A stretch of DNA of 64,000 nucleotides, taken from contig CAVWIH010000036.1 in the NCBI GenBank assembly GCA_963755025.1, positions 1-64,000 of the forward strand. The letters are read 5' to 3'. The DNA is from an uncultured Actinomycetes bacterium (GTDB lineage: Bacteria; Actinomycetota; Thermoleophilia; UBA2241). Numbering within the stretch: the first letter of the stretch is position 1; every line of letters begins with the position of its first letter. Positions 1 to 10,351 of the stretch are shown piece after piece. Under the pieces are notes generated by a model. That model had not been told where the DNA came from, did not search any database, and was given only the letters and a program-made list of their open reading frames with translations. The position numbers were made by a program, and so were the translations under genes.

Positions 1-7
1 CTTCATC

Positions 8-1115
8 TTGGGAGCGTTGACGGCATTGCTGGCGACCATGGCGCCGTCGATGACCGAGACCGCCGCGGCCAATGGCGACACCCGCACCATAAACCTCTTT
101 TACGTGCATACGGGCGAGTCGATATCCGCGACCTATCTGGTCAACGGCCAATACAATCCCGCCGCGCTGCAACAGCTCAACTGGTTCCTGCGCGACTGGC
201 GGCACAACGAGCCGATCGAAATGGACCCGCGATTGTTCGACGTGGTCTGGGAGGCCTATCGCAGCGCCGGCGCCGAGGGCGAGGTCGTGACCGTCGTTTC
301 CGCCTATCGTTCGCCCGAAACCAACGCCATGCTGCGGGCGCGCTCCCGCTCTGTCGCCAAATTCTCGCAGCATATGCTGGGCAAGGCGATGGACACCACG
401 ATGCCGGGAATGTCCATGTCGCGCATCCGCGAGATCGGCATGCGGATGCAGCGCGGCGGCGTCGGCTACTACCCGACCGCGGGGACGCCCTTCGTGCATC
501 TCAACGTCGGCAATGTGCGCGCCTGGCCGCGGATGACCTACGATCAGCTGGTCCGGCTGTTCCCTGACGGCAAGACCGTGCATCTGCCGAGCAATGGCCA
601 GCCGCTGGCCCGCTATGAGGAGGCCAAGGCCGAGATCGAGGCGCGCAACAACGGCGCGATTGTCATGGCGCCGCGCAAGTCGTCCGGTGGTTTCTTCGCT
701 TTTCTGTTTGGCGGCGGCGAGGACGAGGGCGAAGACGCCGCGCCGGCCCCGGCCCCCAGCACGCGCAAGCAATGGGCGCAGCTCGCGCCGCGCAATTCGA
801 GGGCGGCCAAGGTCGCCGCCGCCGAGTCGGACGAGGAAGGCGGCGGCGAAGCCCCGGTGGACACGCGCCGTTCCGGCGTGATCGCGAAGGCGCAGGCGGA
901 TTTGCCGCGCGGCGAGACCGTTATGACGGCGGCGCCCGACGACAAGCCGCCGCCGCGCGAAAAAGTCGTCGCCGTCAACGCGCCGCTCCCGCCCGGACGG
1001 CCCGCCTCGCTCGACAAACCGACCCCGATCGAGCCCCCTCCCGCAGCCGACAAGCGCGTCGCCTTGGCGTCGGTCGAGCCCGGGGACGCGCAATTCTCCC
1101 CTAACCCCTCCCCCC
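8..1115 (+). CDS. DUF882/YcbK-family (peptidase M15) protein, 5' part only; alphaproteobacterial type, cut at a probable chimeric junction
   Basis: Motifs LNWFLRDWR, MDPRLFD, SAYRSPETN, SQHMLGKAMD, GGVGYYP..FVHL, then PRMTYDQLVRLFPDGKTVHLPSNG and a Pro/Ala-rich tail. After ~1115 the ORF-track translation is simply the antisense of the MttB-like gene. Confidence 0.8.
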
Positions 1116-1119
1116 TCCT

Positions 1120-1510
1120 CCGGCAGTTCGTTGATGAGGTGCGCGATGGTGGCGATGTCGGCCGACGTGGCGCGCCGCTCGACGCCGGTGATGGGGTCGA
1201 CCACGTTGGGGGCCGACGAGCCGGTGACGACGATGGGGCCGTCGTCGGGGATGGTGCGGTCGAAGCGCGGGTCGCGGCCGCGGAACGTGAAGCTCGGCGG
1301 CGCCATCACGCGGTAGGTCTCGATGACCTCGGCCGGAAAGCGCACCACGCCGGTCTCGGAGTCGACCTTGCAGCCGTGCCTGGCGAAGACCTCGCGGGCC
1401 TTGGGGTTGTGGGCGGCGATGCCCACCGCCTCGAGGACCTCGAGCGAGGCTTCGTGCGTGCGCCGTACCTCTTGCGGGGTGAGCAGCTCGGCGTATCCCA
1501 TCCTGGTCAC
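1120..1510 (-). CDS. Trimethylamine methyltransferase (MttB) family protein, N-terminal ~130 aa fragment, truncated at the junction
   Basis: Translated by hand; absent from the ORF track, probably because this frame has no stop before the window edge. Reads MGYAELLTPQEVRRTHEASLEVLEAVGI...AREVFARHGCKVD..GVVRFPAEVI...APPSFTFRGRDP...RRATSADIATIAHLINELP, the typical MttB-family N-terminus. GTG start overlaps the upstream TGA, with an AGGAG RBS. Confidence 0.8.
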
Positions 1511-2709
1511 ACCCTCTCCTGGTCGTTGCCGGCGCCCTGCGGCGCGGCGATGCGGGACAGCTCGTCGAGATGAGCTTCGATGAACTCCATGAGCAGCACC
1601 TGGTGCTCGAGGTACATGAGGTACTCGTCGTCGTTCTTGGCCGACGTGTCCTCGTAGTAGGCGGTGACGTCCCAGTTGAGCACGAACAGGTTGGCGTTGG
1701 CGATCATGCGCGGCAGGGCGGCGAGCTCGGCGGCCGACATGGGGCCGGGGCTCGCCGTCTTGGCCGCCTCGTCCTGGTAGGCGCGCACGAAGATGGCGGA
1801 CTTGTCGAGCCACAGGTCGCCGCTGTCGCGGCCCTCCCACGAGCTGCAGAAGTAGACCAGGGCGAGGGCGATGTCGAAGATGCGGTAGTCGACCTTGGAC
1901 CAGTCGAAGTCGAACAGGCCTACGACGCGTTCGTCGACCCACTTCTGGTTGCCGGGGTGGTAGTCGCAGTGCACCGGTATGAAGGGCATGCCTTCGAGCT
2001 CGGCGGCGATGCTGGTGCCCAGGTGGATGCTCTCGACGATGGCCGGCAGCTTGCTCAGGTAGTAGTCGTCGTAGAGGCCGCCGGTCGCCAGGGCGGCGCA
2101 GTCGCTGAACGTCTTTTCGAGCGTCGCCACGAAGGCCATGATGGGCGGCTGCTCGCGGGCGAGCTCGCCGGCCTCGAAGTCGTAGGCCGCGTGGTGGAAC
2201 TGGGCGAGGACCCGCGCCGCGTCGGCGTACTCGGCGTCGGTGCAGCGGTTCTTCACCCAGGTGTACGGGTCTTGGCCCTCGAGCATCTGGTACACGGCGA
2301 AGAAGCGTGTCTCGGGCACGCCGCCGTGCACCTCATCGCGCACGACGAACGTGCCGCCGGCCTTGTTCGGGTACACGCGCGCCGCGAGGTGAAAGCCCTT
2401 GTCGTAGATGTGGTTGACGAGCGCGTGCTCGAAGCGGATCTCGGGCTCGGTGATGGCCCGGCTGTACTTGCGCACGAAGTAGCGCTGCTCACCTTCCGCG
2501 GTGCGCGTGCGCACGGCGAAGCTCAGGTTGACGTAGCCCCCGAAGATCTGGTCGACGCCGACGACCTCGCCGAGGTCGTAGTCCTCGTCGACCACGGCCG
2601 CAAGCTGACTCGACCTGAACTCGAGATCGAGCTCGTCGCGCAGCGTCTTTGCGTCGGCCGACAGCCGCTCGGCCACTTCAAGAAGTTCGTTTACCCTGCT
2701 TGGGTCCAA
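1507..2709 (-). CDS. APH/type II homoserine kinase-like small-molecule phosphotransferase
   Basis: GGYVN loop, catalytic HCDYHPGN and DFD motifs; GGAGG RBS before a TTG start. Confidence 0.8.
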   Translation of the reverse strand: MDPSRVNELLEVAERLSADAKTLRDELDLEFRSSQLAAVVDEDYDLGEVVGVDQIFGGYVNLSFAVRTRTAEGEQRYFVRKYSRAITEPEIRFEHALVNHIYDKGFHLAARVYPNKAGGTFVVRDEVHGGVPETRFFAVYQMLEGQDPYTWVKNRCTDAEYADAARVLAQFHHAAYDFEAGELAREQPPIMAFVATLEKTFSDCAALATGGLYDDYYLSKLPAIVESIHLGTSIAAELEGMPFIPVHCDYHPGNQKWVDERVVGLFDFDWSKVDYRIFDIALALVYFCSSWEGRDSGDLWLDKSAIFVRAYQDEAAKTASPGPMSAAELAALPRMIANANLFVLNWDVTAYYEDTSAKNDDEYLMYLEHQVLLMEFIEAHLDELSRIAAPQGAGNDQERV

Positions 2710-2782
2710 CCTCGCCTCCGCTCTCTCGTGTTGTCGCTCTACCGCCTGCGAGCCGGCGAAACCGGCGAACCCGCCACGGATA

Positions 2783-3577
2783 TCAAACCACGATGCAACG
2801 CAGCCCCAGGCGCCGCATGTCTTCGCGGACCCCGTCGTCGACGCCGTCGTCGACCATGACGACGTCGACCTGGTCGAGGCCGCAGATCACGACGTCGGCG
2901 ACCACGCCGATCTTGCTTCGGTCGGCGAGCACCACGACCTCGCCCCGCGTGTGGGCGATCATGGCGCGCTCGATGCCGGCGATGCCCAGCGACGGCGTCG
3001 TCAGGCCCTCGCGCAGGTCGAAGCCGTCGACGCCAAGCAGCAGCCGGGCGGCGTGGAAGCGGCTCGCGAACTCGACCGCGGCCGGTCCGTCGACCACGTT
3101 GGAGCGGGCCCTGAAGTGGCCGCCCAGCAGGATGACCTCGAGGCGCAGGCCGCGCGCCTCGGTGAGGGCGCCGGCGTTGTGGGTGACCACGCGCGCCTCG
3201 AGCTCGGGGCTGACGTGGCGCAGCACGCGGGCCGCGGTCGTGCCGGAGCTCAGAAAGACCGTCTCGCCCGGCTGGATCATGGCGGCCGCGGCGCGCGCGA
3301 TGCGTTCCTTCTCTTCGGCGTGGGTGGCGACGTTGTCGACGTAGTGAGGCTCTTCGGCCATGTGGCGCTTGAGGATGGCGCCGCCGTGCGTGCGCGACAG
3401 GAGGCCCTCGGCTTCGAGGCGTTCGAGGTCGCGGCGGATGGTCATCTCGGAGACTCTGAGGTCGTCGCTCAAGGTGGAGACGCGCACGGCACGACTTTCC
3501 TTGAGAAGCTCGACGATGCGGACTCGACGCTGGGCGGGGATCATTTCGCGCACCTCAGGGACTCCTGGCAACGACAT
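2783..3577 (-). CDS. DeoR/GlpR family transcriptional regulator (copy 1)
   Basis: HTH VSEMTIRRDLERLE...RTHGGA and sensor domain EKERIARAAA...VFLSSGTT, LADRSK. Confidence 0.92.
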   Translation of the reverse strand: MSLPGVPEVREMIPAQRRVRIVELLKESRAVRVSTLSDDLRVSEMTIRRDLERLEAEGLLSRTHGGAILKRHMAEEPHYVDNVATHAEEKERIARAAAAMIQPGETVFLSSGTTAARVLRHVSPELEARVVTHNAGALTEARGLRLEVILLGGHFRARSNVVDGPAAVEFASRFHAARLLLGVDGFDLREGLTTPSLGIAGIERAMIAHTRGEVVVLADRSKIGVVADVVICGLDQVDVVMVDDGVDDGVREDMRRLGLRCIVV

Positions 3578-3603
3578 CGGCTCCCCCGCTCTTTCGTTGA
3601 TGG

Positions 3604-3623
3604 ACGTTCGAGCAACCGAACGT
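3604..3623. promoter_or_regulatory. Palindrome ACGTTCG-N6-CGAACGT, candidate DeoR/GlpR operator
   Basis: Perfect 7-bp inverted repeat between the deoR promoter and its start codon; the same core occurs at 21351-21368. Confidence 0.5.
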
Positions 3624-3650
3624 TTCGTCGTTCCGCACACAGTCGCACAC

Positions 3651-3677
3651 ATCATAGCACCGGGGAGCGCCTGTCAA
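3651..3677 (-). promoter_or_regulatory. Sigma70-type promoter for deoR copy 1
   Basis: TTGACA-15 nt-TATGAT with extended -10 TGn; the spacer is short, possibly from an indel. Confidence 0.55.
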
Positions 3678-3783
3678 GTGTGACTTTCTGGGAGAAGTCG
3701 GTTCTCTTCGGCCGGCTGATACTCTAATATCGGACATCAAGATCCGCATCAATTGCCGGCGCCGACCACAGGAGTTGCCCGCT

Positions 3784-4425
3784 ATGGCCAACCGAGACGA
3801 GCTCATCCAAGAGGCGATCGACTCGATCGTCAACTACGACGCGGCGGCCGCCCACGACGTGGCCACCCGCGCCCTGGCCGCCGGCATCGCCCCCGGCGAC
3901 ATCATCAACCAGGGTTTTGTGGTCGGCATCTCCCAGGTCGGCGACGCCTTCGAAGGCGGCGAGGTCTTCCTGCCCGAGCTCATGCTGGCCGCCCAGGCGA
4001 TGGACGCCGCCACCAAGGTCTGCAACGCGGCGCTTGAGGGCGGCCAGGCCGAGAAGAAGGGCGTCGTGGTCGTGGGCACCGTGCAGGGCGACGTGCACGA
4101 CATCGGCAAGGCGATCGTCATCGCCTACTTGAAGGCCCACGGCTACGAGGTCACCGACTGCGGCCGCGACACCCCGGCCGAGACCTTCATCGCCAAGGCC
4201 AAGGAGCTGCACGCCGACATCATCGGCATGAGCGCCCTGCTGACCACCACCATGGAAGAGCAGCGCCGCGTCATCAAGATGATCAAAGACGAGAGCCTGC
4301 CCTTCAAGACCGTGGTGGGCGGCGCCCCCTGCACGCAGCGCTGGGCCGACCAGATCGGCGCCGACGCCTACGCCGAAGACGCCTCCGACGGCGTCAAGAA
4401 GATCGACGCCCTGCTCGGCAGGTAG
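3784..4425 (+). CDS. Methyltransferase cognate corrinoid protein (MtbC/MttC-like)
   Basis: Cap domain with FEGGEVFLPELMLAA, B12 motif GDVHDIGK (DxHxxG), SALLTTTM, VGGAP, IGADAYAEDA; AGGAG RBS. Confidence 0.93.
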   Translation: MANRDELIQEAIDSIVNYDAAAAHDVATRALAAGIAPGDIINQGFVVGISQVGDAFEGGEVFLPELMLAAQAMDAATKVCNAALEGGQAEKKGVVVVGTVQGDVHDIGKAIVIAYLKAHGYEVTDCGRDTPAETFIAKAKELHADIIGMSALLTTTMEEQRRVIKMIKDESLPFKTVVGGAPCTQRWADQIGADAYAEDASDGVKKIDALLGR

Positions 4426-4515
4426 CAGGCGGGCAGGCCGCACCTATCGCCCCGGCCGACAAGGCGGGGCCACGGCAGGCGGTCGCGCAGACGCACACGA
4501 ACACGAGACCGTCAC

Positions 4516-4553
4516 GAGCGGGCGGGGCGCCGGCAGGCGCCCCGCCCGCTCTT
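4516..4553 (+). terminator. Strong hairpin after the corrinoid gene
   Basis: 16-bp stem gagcgggcggggcgcc / ggcgccccgcccgctc with a weak U tail. Confidence 0.5.
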
Positions 4554-4699
4554 CGTCGTACCGTCCGCTCTTCGATCGTACCGCTCGGCTCGTCCGCTCG
4601 TCGTCGCGGGGCCGCCGACAGGCGCGAACGGACGCACCGCGCCCGGCCGTAGGGCATGATGGGTCGCACGTACGTCGTCGACGGCGGAGGCGCCACGCT

Positions 4700-5901
4700 T
4701 TGAGTGACAACTCCTGCGAGACCTACAACCCTTCCGGGCGCCGGCGGGTGGTGGTCACCCGGCCGCTACCCGGCGAGGGCTGGCGTAAGGCCTTCGTGGC
4801 CGCCGGCTGCCGCGTCGAGGTCTGCGGCGCCGACCGCCCGCTGGGCGCCGCCGAGCTCGCCGCCGTCGTGGGCGACGCCTGCGACGGCGTCGTCTCTCAG
4901 CTCACCGAGCAGTGGGACGCCGCGCTGCTCGGGGCCCTCAAGCGCGCCGGCGGCCGGGTGCTCAGCAACTACGCGGTCGGCTACGACAACGTCGACCTGG
5001 CGGCCGCGACCGGGCTGGGACTGGCCGTGGGTAACACGCCGGGCATCCTCACCGAGACCACCGCCGAGCTCGCCGTGGCGCTGACCTTCGCCGCGGCGCG
5101 GCGCATAGTCGAAGCCGACGCCTACCTGGCCGAGGGCCTGTACACGGGCTGGTCGCCCGCCCTGCTGCTCGGCCGGCGCCTGTGGCGCAAGACTCTGGGC
5201 GTGGTCGGCGCGGGACGCATAGGGGCCACCTACGCGCGCATGCTGGTCGAAGGTCACAAGATGGACCTCGTCTACTACGACGCGCGGCGCAACGCCGAGC
5301 TCGAGGCGTACGTCGCCGCCTACGGCGAGTTCCTGGCGAGCCGCGGCGAGCAGCCGGTGAGCTGCCGCCGGGCGGCGACGCTCGAGGAGCTGCTCGGCGC
5401 GGCCGACGTCGTGAGCCTGCACCTGGCGCTCGACGAGACCACGAGGCACGTGATCGACGCCGGCCGGCTCGCCCAGATGAAGCCGCACGCCATCCTCGTG
5501 AACTCGGCGCGTGGCCCTCTGATCGACGAGGCCGCGCTCGTCGCGCACTGTCTCAGCCACCCCGGGTTCTCGGCGGCGCTCGACGTGTTCGAGCACGAGC
5601 CGCGGCTCGCGCCGGGCTTGCTCGAGCTCGACAACGTCGTCGCCGTGCCCCACATCGGCTCGGCGACCGGCTGGACGCGCCGCGGCATGGCCACGCTGGC
5701 CGCCGCCAACGTGATCGGCGTGCTCTCGGGCTGGCCCGTCTGGACGGGCGACGTCGCGCCGTTCCTGTCGCCCGAGCCGCCGCGCGCGGCGCCGAGCATC
5801 GTCAACGCGGCCGCGCTGGGCCTGCCCACGAGCGGCCCTTCAGCGAGCGGACCGTCAGGCGAGCGGACCTGCGGCGAGCGCCTCGGCCGCCGGGGCGGTG
5901 A
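4700..5901 (+). CDS. D-glycerate dehydrogenase / hydroxypyruvate reductase (D-2-hydroxyacid dehydrogenase family); 3' end uncertain (probable indel)
   Basis: NYAVGYDNVD, NTPGILTETTAELA, GAGRIG, VNSARGPLIDE, ALDVFEHEP, PHIGSAT. The ORF runs on into the next gene. Confidence 0.88.
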
Positions 5902-7230
5902 CCGGCGACGGCTGAGCCGCCCGCCGCGTCCGGAACCGGGCCGCTCGAGCCGCGCCCGCTGCTGCGGCGGCTGTTCGACGCCGCGGTCGATTCGGCGGCC
6001 GCCGAGACGGTCGTGCCGCTCGGCCTGCCCTCGCCGCCAGCCGGACGCACCGTGGTCGTCGGGGCCGGCAAGGCGGCCGCCGCCATGGCGCGCGCCGTCG
6101 AGCGGCGCTGGCAGGGTCCCCTGTCGGGCCTCGTCGTCACGCCCTACGGCCACACGCTCGACTGCGAGCGCGTCACCGTGGTCGAGGCCGCCCACCCCGT
6201 GCCCGACGAGGCCGGCCGCGAGGCGGCGCGACGCATCGTCGCCGCGGTCTCCGGCCTGACCGACGCCGACCTCGTGCTGTGCCTCATCTCGGGGGGCGGC
6301 TCGTCGCTGCTCGCCCTCCCCGCCCCGGGCCTCGAGCTCGCCGACGAGCGCGAGGTCTCAGCGGCGCTGCTGCGCAGCGGAGCGCCCATCGCCGCCGTCA
6401 ACTGCGTGCGCAAACACCTGTCGTCGATCAAGGGGGGACAGCTGGCGCTCGCCGCCTGGCCGGCCCCGGTGGTCGCCCTGCTCATCTCCGACGTGCCCGG
6501 CGACGACCCGTCGGTGATCGCCTCGGGACCGACGGTCGCCGACCCCACGACGTTCGCCCAGGCGCTCGAGATCTGCGCCCACCACGGCGTGACGCTGCCC
6601 GGCCGCGTCGCGGCGCACCTGTGCGCCGGGGCCGCCGGCGGCCCCGGCGCGCCCGCCGAGACGCCCAAGCCCGGCGACCCCCGCCTCGCCCGGGCGAGCG
6701 CCGTCGTGTTGGCCGCCGCGAGCGGGGCCGTGGCGGCCGCGGCGGCCGCCGCCCGCGACCGCGGCCTGCGAGCCATCGTGCTCGGCGACAGCATCGAGGG
6801 CGAAGCCCGCGAGGTCGGACTGCGCCACGCCGAGCACGCCATCCACCTGCAGGAGTGGAGCGGTGCCGACGAGCCGCCCGCCGTGCTGCTGTCGGGCGGC
6901 GAGACCACGGTGACGGTCCTCGGCCCGGGTCGCGGCGGCAGGAACACCGAGTACCTGCTGGGCCTGGCGCTGGGGCTCGAGGGCCGGCCGGGCATCTACG
7001 CCCTCGCCGCCGACACCGACGGCATCGACGGCGCGGGCGACAACGCCGGCGCCTTCGTGACCCCCGACACCTTGGAGCGCGCACGAGCAGCCGGCCTCGA
7101 CCCCGTCGCCGCCCTGGCGGCGAGCGACGCCTACAGCGTCTTCGCCGGCCTCGGCGACCTCCTGGTCACGGGGCCCACGCGCACGAACGTGAACGACCTG
7201 CGCGCCATCCTCGTGAGCGCCCCGGCGTAA
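5898..7230 (+). CDS. Glycerate kinase type II (MOFRL/TtuD family); start approximate
   Basis: LRRLFDAAV, VVGAGKAAAAMA, AAHPVPD, LISGGGSSLL, SDVPGDDPSVIASGPT, GGETTV..GRGGRN, DTDGIDG, TGPTRTNVND. Confidence 0.9.
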
Positions 7231-7473
7231 GAATCGGCAGCGACCGTTCGCGACCCCGTGTACCAATCGGCAACGCCGGCGTGCGGCGGCGGCGCTTTTT
7301 TTCATGCGCCCGCTGCGCGGTGCATTCTCGCCGCAAAGCGGGGCTTGCGGCGGCGCTTGGCGGGACCTTGGCGAGGCTCTCGCCGCCTCGGGTCGTGTTG
7401 ACAGACTCCACACCTAACAGCATAGATACACAGCAACACATCGGTTAGGCCATCTTGGACTACGGGGGCAGCC

Positions 7474-9135
7474 ATGGCTGACGACTTGCAAGCTTCACCG
7501 ACCGCCGCGGGGGGAGGCGCTGGAGCAGCAGCGCCGCCTGTGCCCGAGCGCGAACTCACCGACGAGGAGCGGCTCCACCAGATGGGCTACGCTCAGGAGC
7601 TCAACCGCTCCATGAGCCGCTTCTCGAACTTCGCCATCTCCTTCACCATCATCTCGATCCTGTCAGGCTGCCTGACGCTGTTCTCGTTCGGCCTTGAGCA
7701 CGGCGGTCCGCCGACCATGCTCTGGGGCTGGCTGCTGGTCGGCGGTCTCGTCCTGCTGGCAGGCGCCTCGATGGCTGAGATCTGCTCGGCCTACCCGACC
7801 GCCGGCGGTCTGTACTACTGGGCGGCCAAGCTCGCACCCGGCAACAGCGCGCCGATCTGGTCGTGGTTCACCGGCTGGTTCAACCTCGTGGGCCAAGTGG
7901 CCGTCACGGCCGGCATCTCGTTCGGCTGCGCCTACTCGGTCTCGGCCTTCCTGGCGATCTTCACGAACAACGCGTACTGGACGTCTCCGGGCCACGTCAT
8001 CGGCATCCTCGCCGTCATCCTCGCCATCCAGGGCCTGCTCAACACCTTCAGCATCCGTCTCGTCTCGCTGCTGAACAACGTCTCCGTGTACTGGCACCTG
8101 ATCGGCGTCGCCGTCATCGTCATCGTGCTGTTCTGGGCGCCGTCGTCGCACTCCCACCAGAGCCTCGGCTTCCTGTTCGGCAAGACGGGCTGGGACGCGT
8201 TCTCGGGCCTGTCGGGCTTCTCGCTGCCCTTCTACATCTTCCTCGTCGGCCTGCTGAACGCGCAGTACACCTACACCGGCTACGATGCCTCGGCCCACGT
8301 CTCCGAAGAGACGATCAACGCGCGCATCGCCGCCCCGAAGGGCATCGTCAACTCGATCCTCATCTCACTGATCGCTGGCTTCATCCTGCTGGCCGGCGTG
8401 AGCGTGGCGATCCCGCACGTCTTCCCCGTCGTCATCGGCGGCACGAAGTACGGCGCGTACGGCGACCTCGCCGCCATCTACACCGTGTGGGCGACCATCT
8501 TCGAGTACTCAGCCGGCAAAGTCGCCGCCGAGCTGCTCATCCTGATCGTCATCGGCGCGCAGTTCTACTGCGGGATGTCGTCGGTCACCGCCAACTCGCG
8601 CATGATCTACGCCTTCTCGCGCGACGGCGCGGTGCCTTTCTCGAACTACTGGCACCACGTCAACAAGAAACGCCGCGTGCCCGTGCGCACCGCCTGGTTC
8701 GGCGCGGTCGGCGCGTTCATCCTCTCCGCACCGTACCTGTTCAGCCCCGTCGCCTACTTCGCCGTGACCTCGATCGCGGTCATCGGTCTGTACATCGCCT
8801 ACCTCATCCCGGTGTTCCTGCGGCGCATCAACGGCAAGGCGTTCGTGCCCGGTCCGTGGCAGCTCAGCAAGACCTGGGGTCCGATCATCGGCTGGGTCGC
8901 GATCGTGTGGGTGGTCTTCATCTGCATCGTCCTGTGCCTGCCGCAGTTCAGCTGGAAGGGCGCGGCGAGCTTCAACGCCTGGTTCAACTACACCCCGGTC
9001 GTGCTCGCCGTGGTCGTCGGCGGCGCCGGCATCTGGTACGCCGTCTCGGCCCGCAAATGGTTCAAGGGCCCGAAGGTCCAGGGCACGCCCGAAGAACTCG
9101 CGGCAATCGAGCGCGAGCTCGAGCTCGAGATCTGA
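7474..9135 (+). CDS. APC superfamily permease (amino acid/choline/GABA transporter-like)
   Basis: About 12 hydrophobic segments; GYAQELNR.MSRFSNFAISF, AEICSAYPTAGGLYYW, YTGYDASAHVSEET, SRMIYAFSRDG. Confidence 0.92.
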   Translation: MADDLQASPTAAGGGAGAAAPPVPERELTDEERLHQMGYAQELNRSMSRFSNFAISFTIISILSGCLTLFSFGLEHGGPPTMLWGWLLVGGLVLLAGASMAEICSAYPTAGGLYYWAAKLAPGNSAPIWSWFTGWFNLVGQVAVTAGISFGCAYSVSAFLAIFTNNAYWTSPGHVIGILAVILAIQGLLNTFSIRLVSLLNNVSVYWHLIGVAVIVIVLFWAPSSHSHQSLGFLFGKTGWDAFSGLSGFSLPFYIFLVGLLNAQYTYTGYDASAHVSEETINARIAAPKGIVNSILISLIAGFILLAGVSVAIPHVFPVVIGGTKYGAYGDLAAIYTVWATIFEYSAGKVAAELLILIVIGAQFYCGMSSVTANSRMIYAFSRDGAVPFSNYWHHVNKKRRVPVRTAWFGAVGAFILSAPYLFSPVAYFAVTSIAVIGLYIAYLIPVFLRRINGKAFVPGPWQLSKTWGPIIGWVAIVWVVFICIVLCLPQFSWKGAASFNAWFNYTPVVLAVVVGGAGIWYAVSARKWFKGPKVQGTPEELAAIERELELEI

Positions 9136-9165
9136 GGTAACGCAGCACTCATCCGGCAACACTCA

Positions 9166-9200
9166 GGCGGGCGGCGCGCAAGCGCCGCCCGCCGTTGTTT
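9166..9200 (+). terminator. Hairpin with T-rich tail after the permease
   Basis: ggcgggcggcgc-gcaa-gcgccgcccgcc followed by gttgttt. Confidence 0.55.
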
Positions 9201-9236
9201 CGCCCCGGTTTCACTCTCCGACCGAAAGAAGATGCC

Positions 9237-10162
9237 ATGGGACATGGGTTGACGCCCGACGACGCCATCGCGCGCATCGCCGACTGGAAAGGCAAGGACG
9301 TCCGCTGGGAAGAGCTCGGCGGCGGCATCACCAACCACAACTACATCGTCTGGGTGAACGGCGGCTGGGGTAATCCCGGCGGCGGCAAGTACGTGCTACG
9401 CGTGCCGGGCGCCGGCACCGACATGTTCATCGACCGCGACGTCGAGCGCGAGTGCATGATCGAGGCGGCCCGCGTCGGCGTCGCGCCGCCGGTCGTCCAC
9501 ATCATCGAGCCCGAGAAGGCCATGGCCATCGAGTTCGTCGACGGCGAGGTCATGCACCAGGACTCGATCGTGGGCCATCCCGACCGGCTCAAGCAGGTGA
9601 TCGACACCGTCAAGGTCTTCCACCAGAACGCGACCTTCGGCAACGAGATCCACCTCTTCGACATGATCCGCAAGTACACGCAGATCGCCAAGGACTCAAA
9701 GACGCCCTGGCCCGACTGGATCCAGACGATGCTCAAGGCCATGGACGACATCGAGGCGGCGACGGCGCGCCATCCGGTGCCACCGGTCGCCTGTCACAAC
9801 GACCTGCTCTCCGAGAACTTCATCGTCGACGCCGACGGCAAGATGTGGATCATCGACTGGGAGTACGGCGGCATGACCGATCCGTACTTCGACCTCGGCG
9901 ACCACGTCATGGAGCACCCCTACTCCCGCGACGAGGAGCGCCTCATCATCGAGACCTACTGCGGCACGATGGACGAGCGGTACTTCGCCCGCCTCATGCT
10001 CTACAAGGCGTCTCCGGCGTCTGGTGGGGCGTGTGGGCCATGATCCAGCACACCGTCTCGAAGATCGACTTCGACTACATGGAATGGGGACGCTGGCGCG
10101 TCGCCCGCGCCGAGGAGGTCATCGCCGACCCCGACTACCAGTCCTGGCTGGCCGCCGTCTGA
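9237..10162 (+). CDS. Choline/ethanolamine kinase family phosphotransferase (copy 1); frameshift near 10005
   Basis: LGGGITNHNY, YVLRVPG, CHNDLLSENF, IDWEYGGM.DPYFDLG. The C-terminus WWGVWAMIQ...SKIDFDY continues in another frame and matches copy 2. Confidence 0.88.
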
Positions 10163-10195
10163 GAGCGCCTTCCGGGCCGCTTTCTCACGCCCACA

Positions 10196-10238
10196 AGACG
10201 AGGGGCGGCGCATCCGCGCCGCCCCTCGTCTGTATTTT
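10196..10238 (+). terminator. Intrinsic terminator
   Basis: 16-bp stem agacgaggggcggcgc / gcgccgcccctcgtct followed by gtatttt. Confidence 0.75.
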
Positions 10239-10262
10239 CTCTCATTCCTTCCTCACACCCCC

Positions 10263-10290
10263 TTGACAACCCCGAAACCGATCTTAGAAT
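10263..10290 (+). promoter_or_regulatory. Sigma70-type promoter of the deoR2-NTase-phosphoesterase-permease-kinase operon
   Basis: TTGACA-16 nt-TAGAAT. Confidence 0.7.
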
Positions 10291-10351
10291 CTGATCACCT
10301 TTGAACGGTCATGCCCAATCCTGATCGTTGAGGTTCTGGGGGAGGGGTCGC

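Noticed and set aside
8-1573. 521-aa ORF as a single real protein
   Set aside because: The last ~150 aa are the antisense of the MttB-like gene beyond the junction.
3690-3770. Possible tRNA-Pyl: a 6-bp stem ctgata/tatcgg around CTCTAA resembles the Pyl anticodon arm
   Set aside because: The loop is 6 nt rather than CUCUAAA, and I could not form a T arm or a correctly spaced acceptor stem; TAATAT is more likely a -10 box.
4545-4605. Short tandem ccgctcttcg(a)tcgtaccg repeats after the corrinoid hairpin
   Set aside because: Only two degenerate ~20-bp copies; no supportable function.
4423-4660. Amber readthrough extension of the corrinoid protein (also considered for NTase1 and phosphoesterase1)
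   Set aside because: The proteins are already full length at the TAG, and the downstream frame gives non-protein-like sequence over a hairpin.
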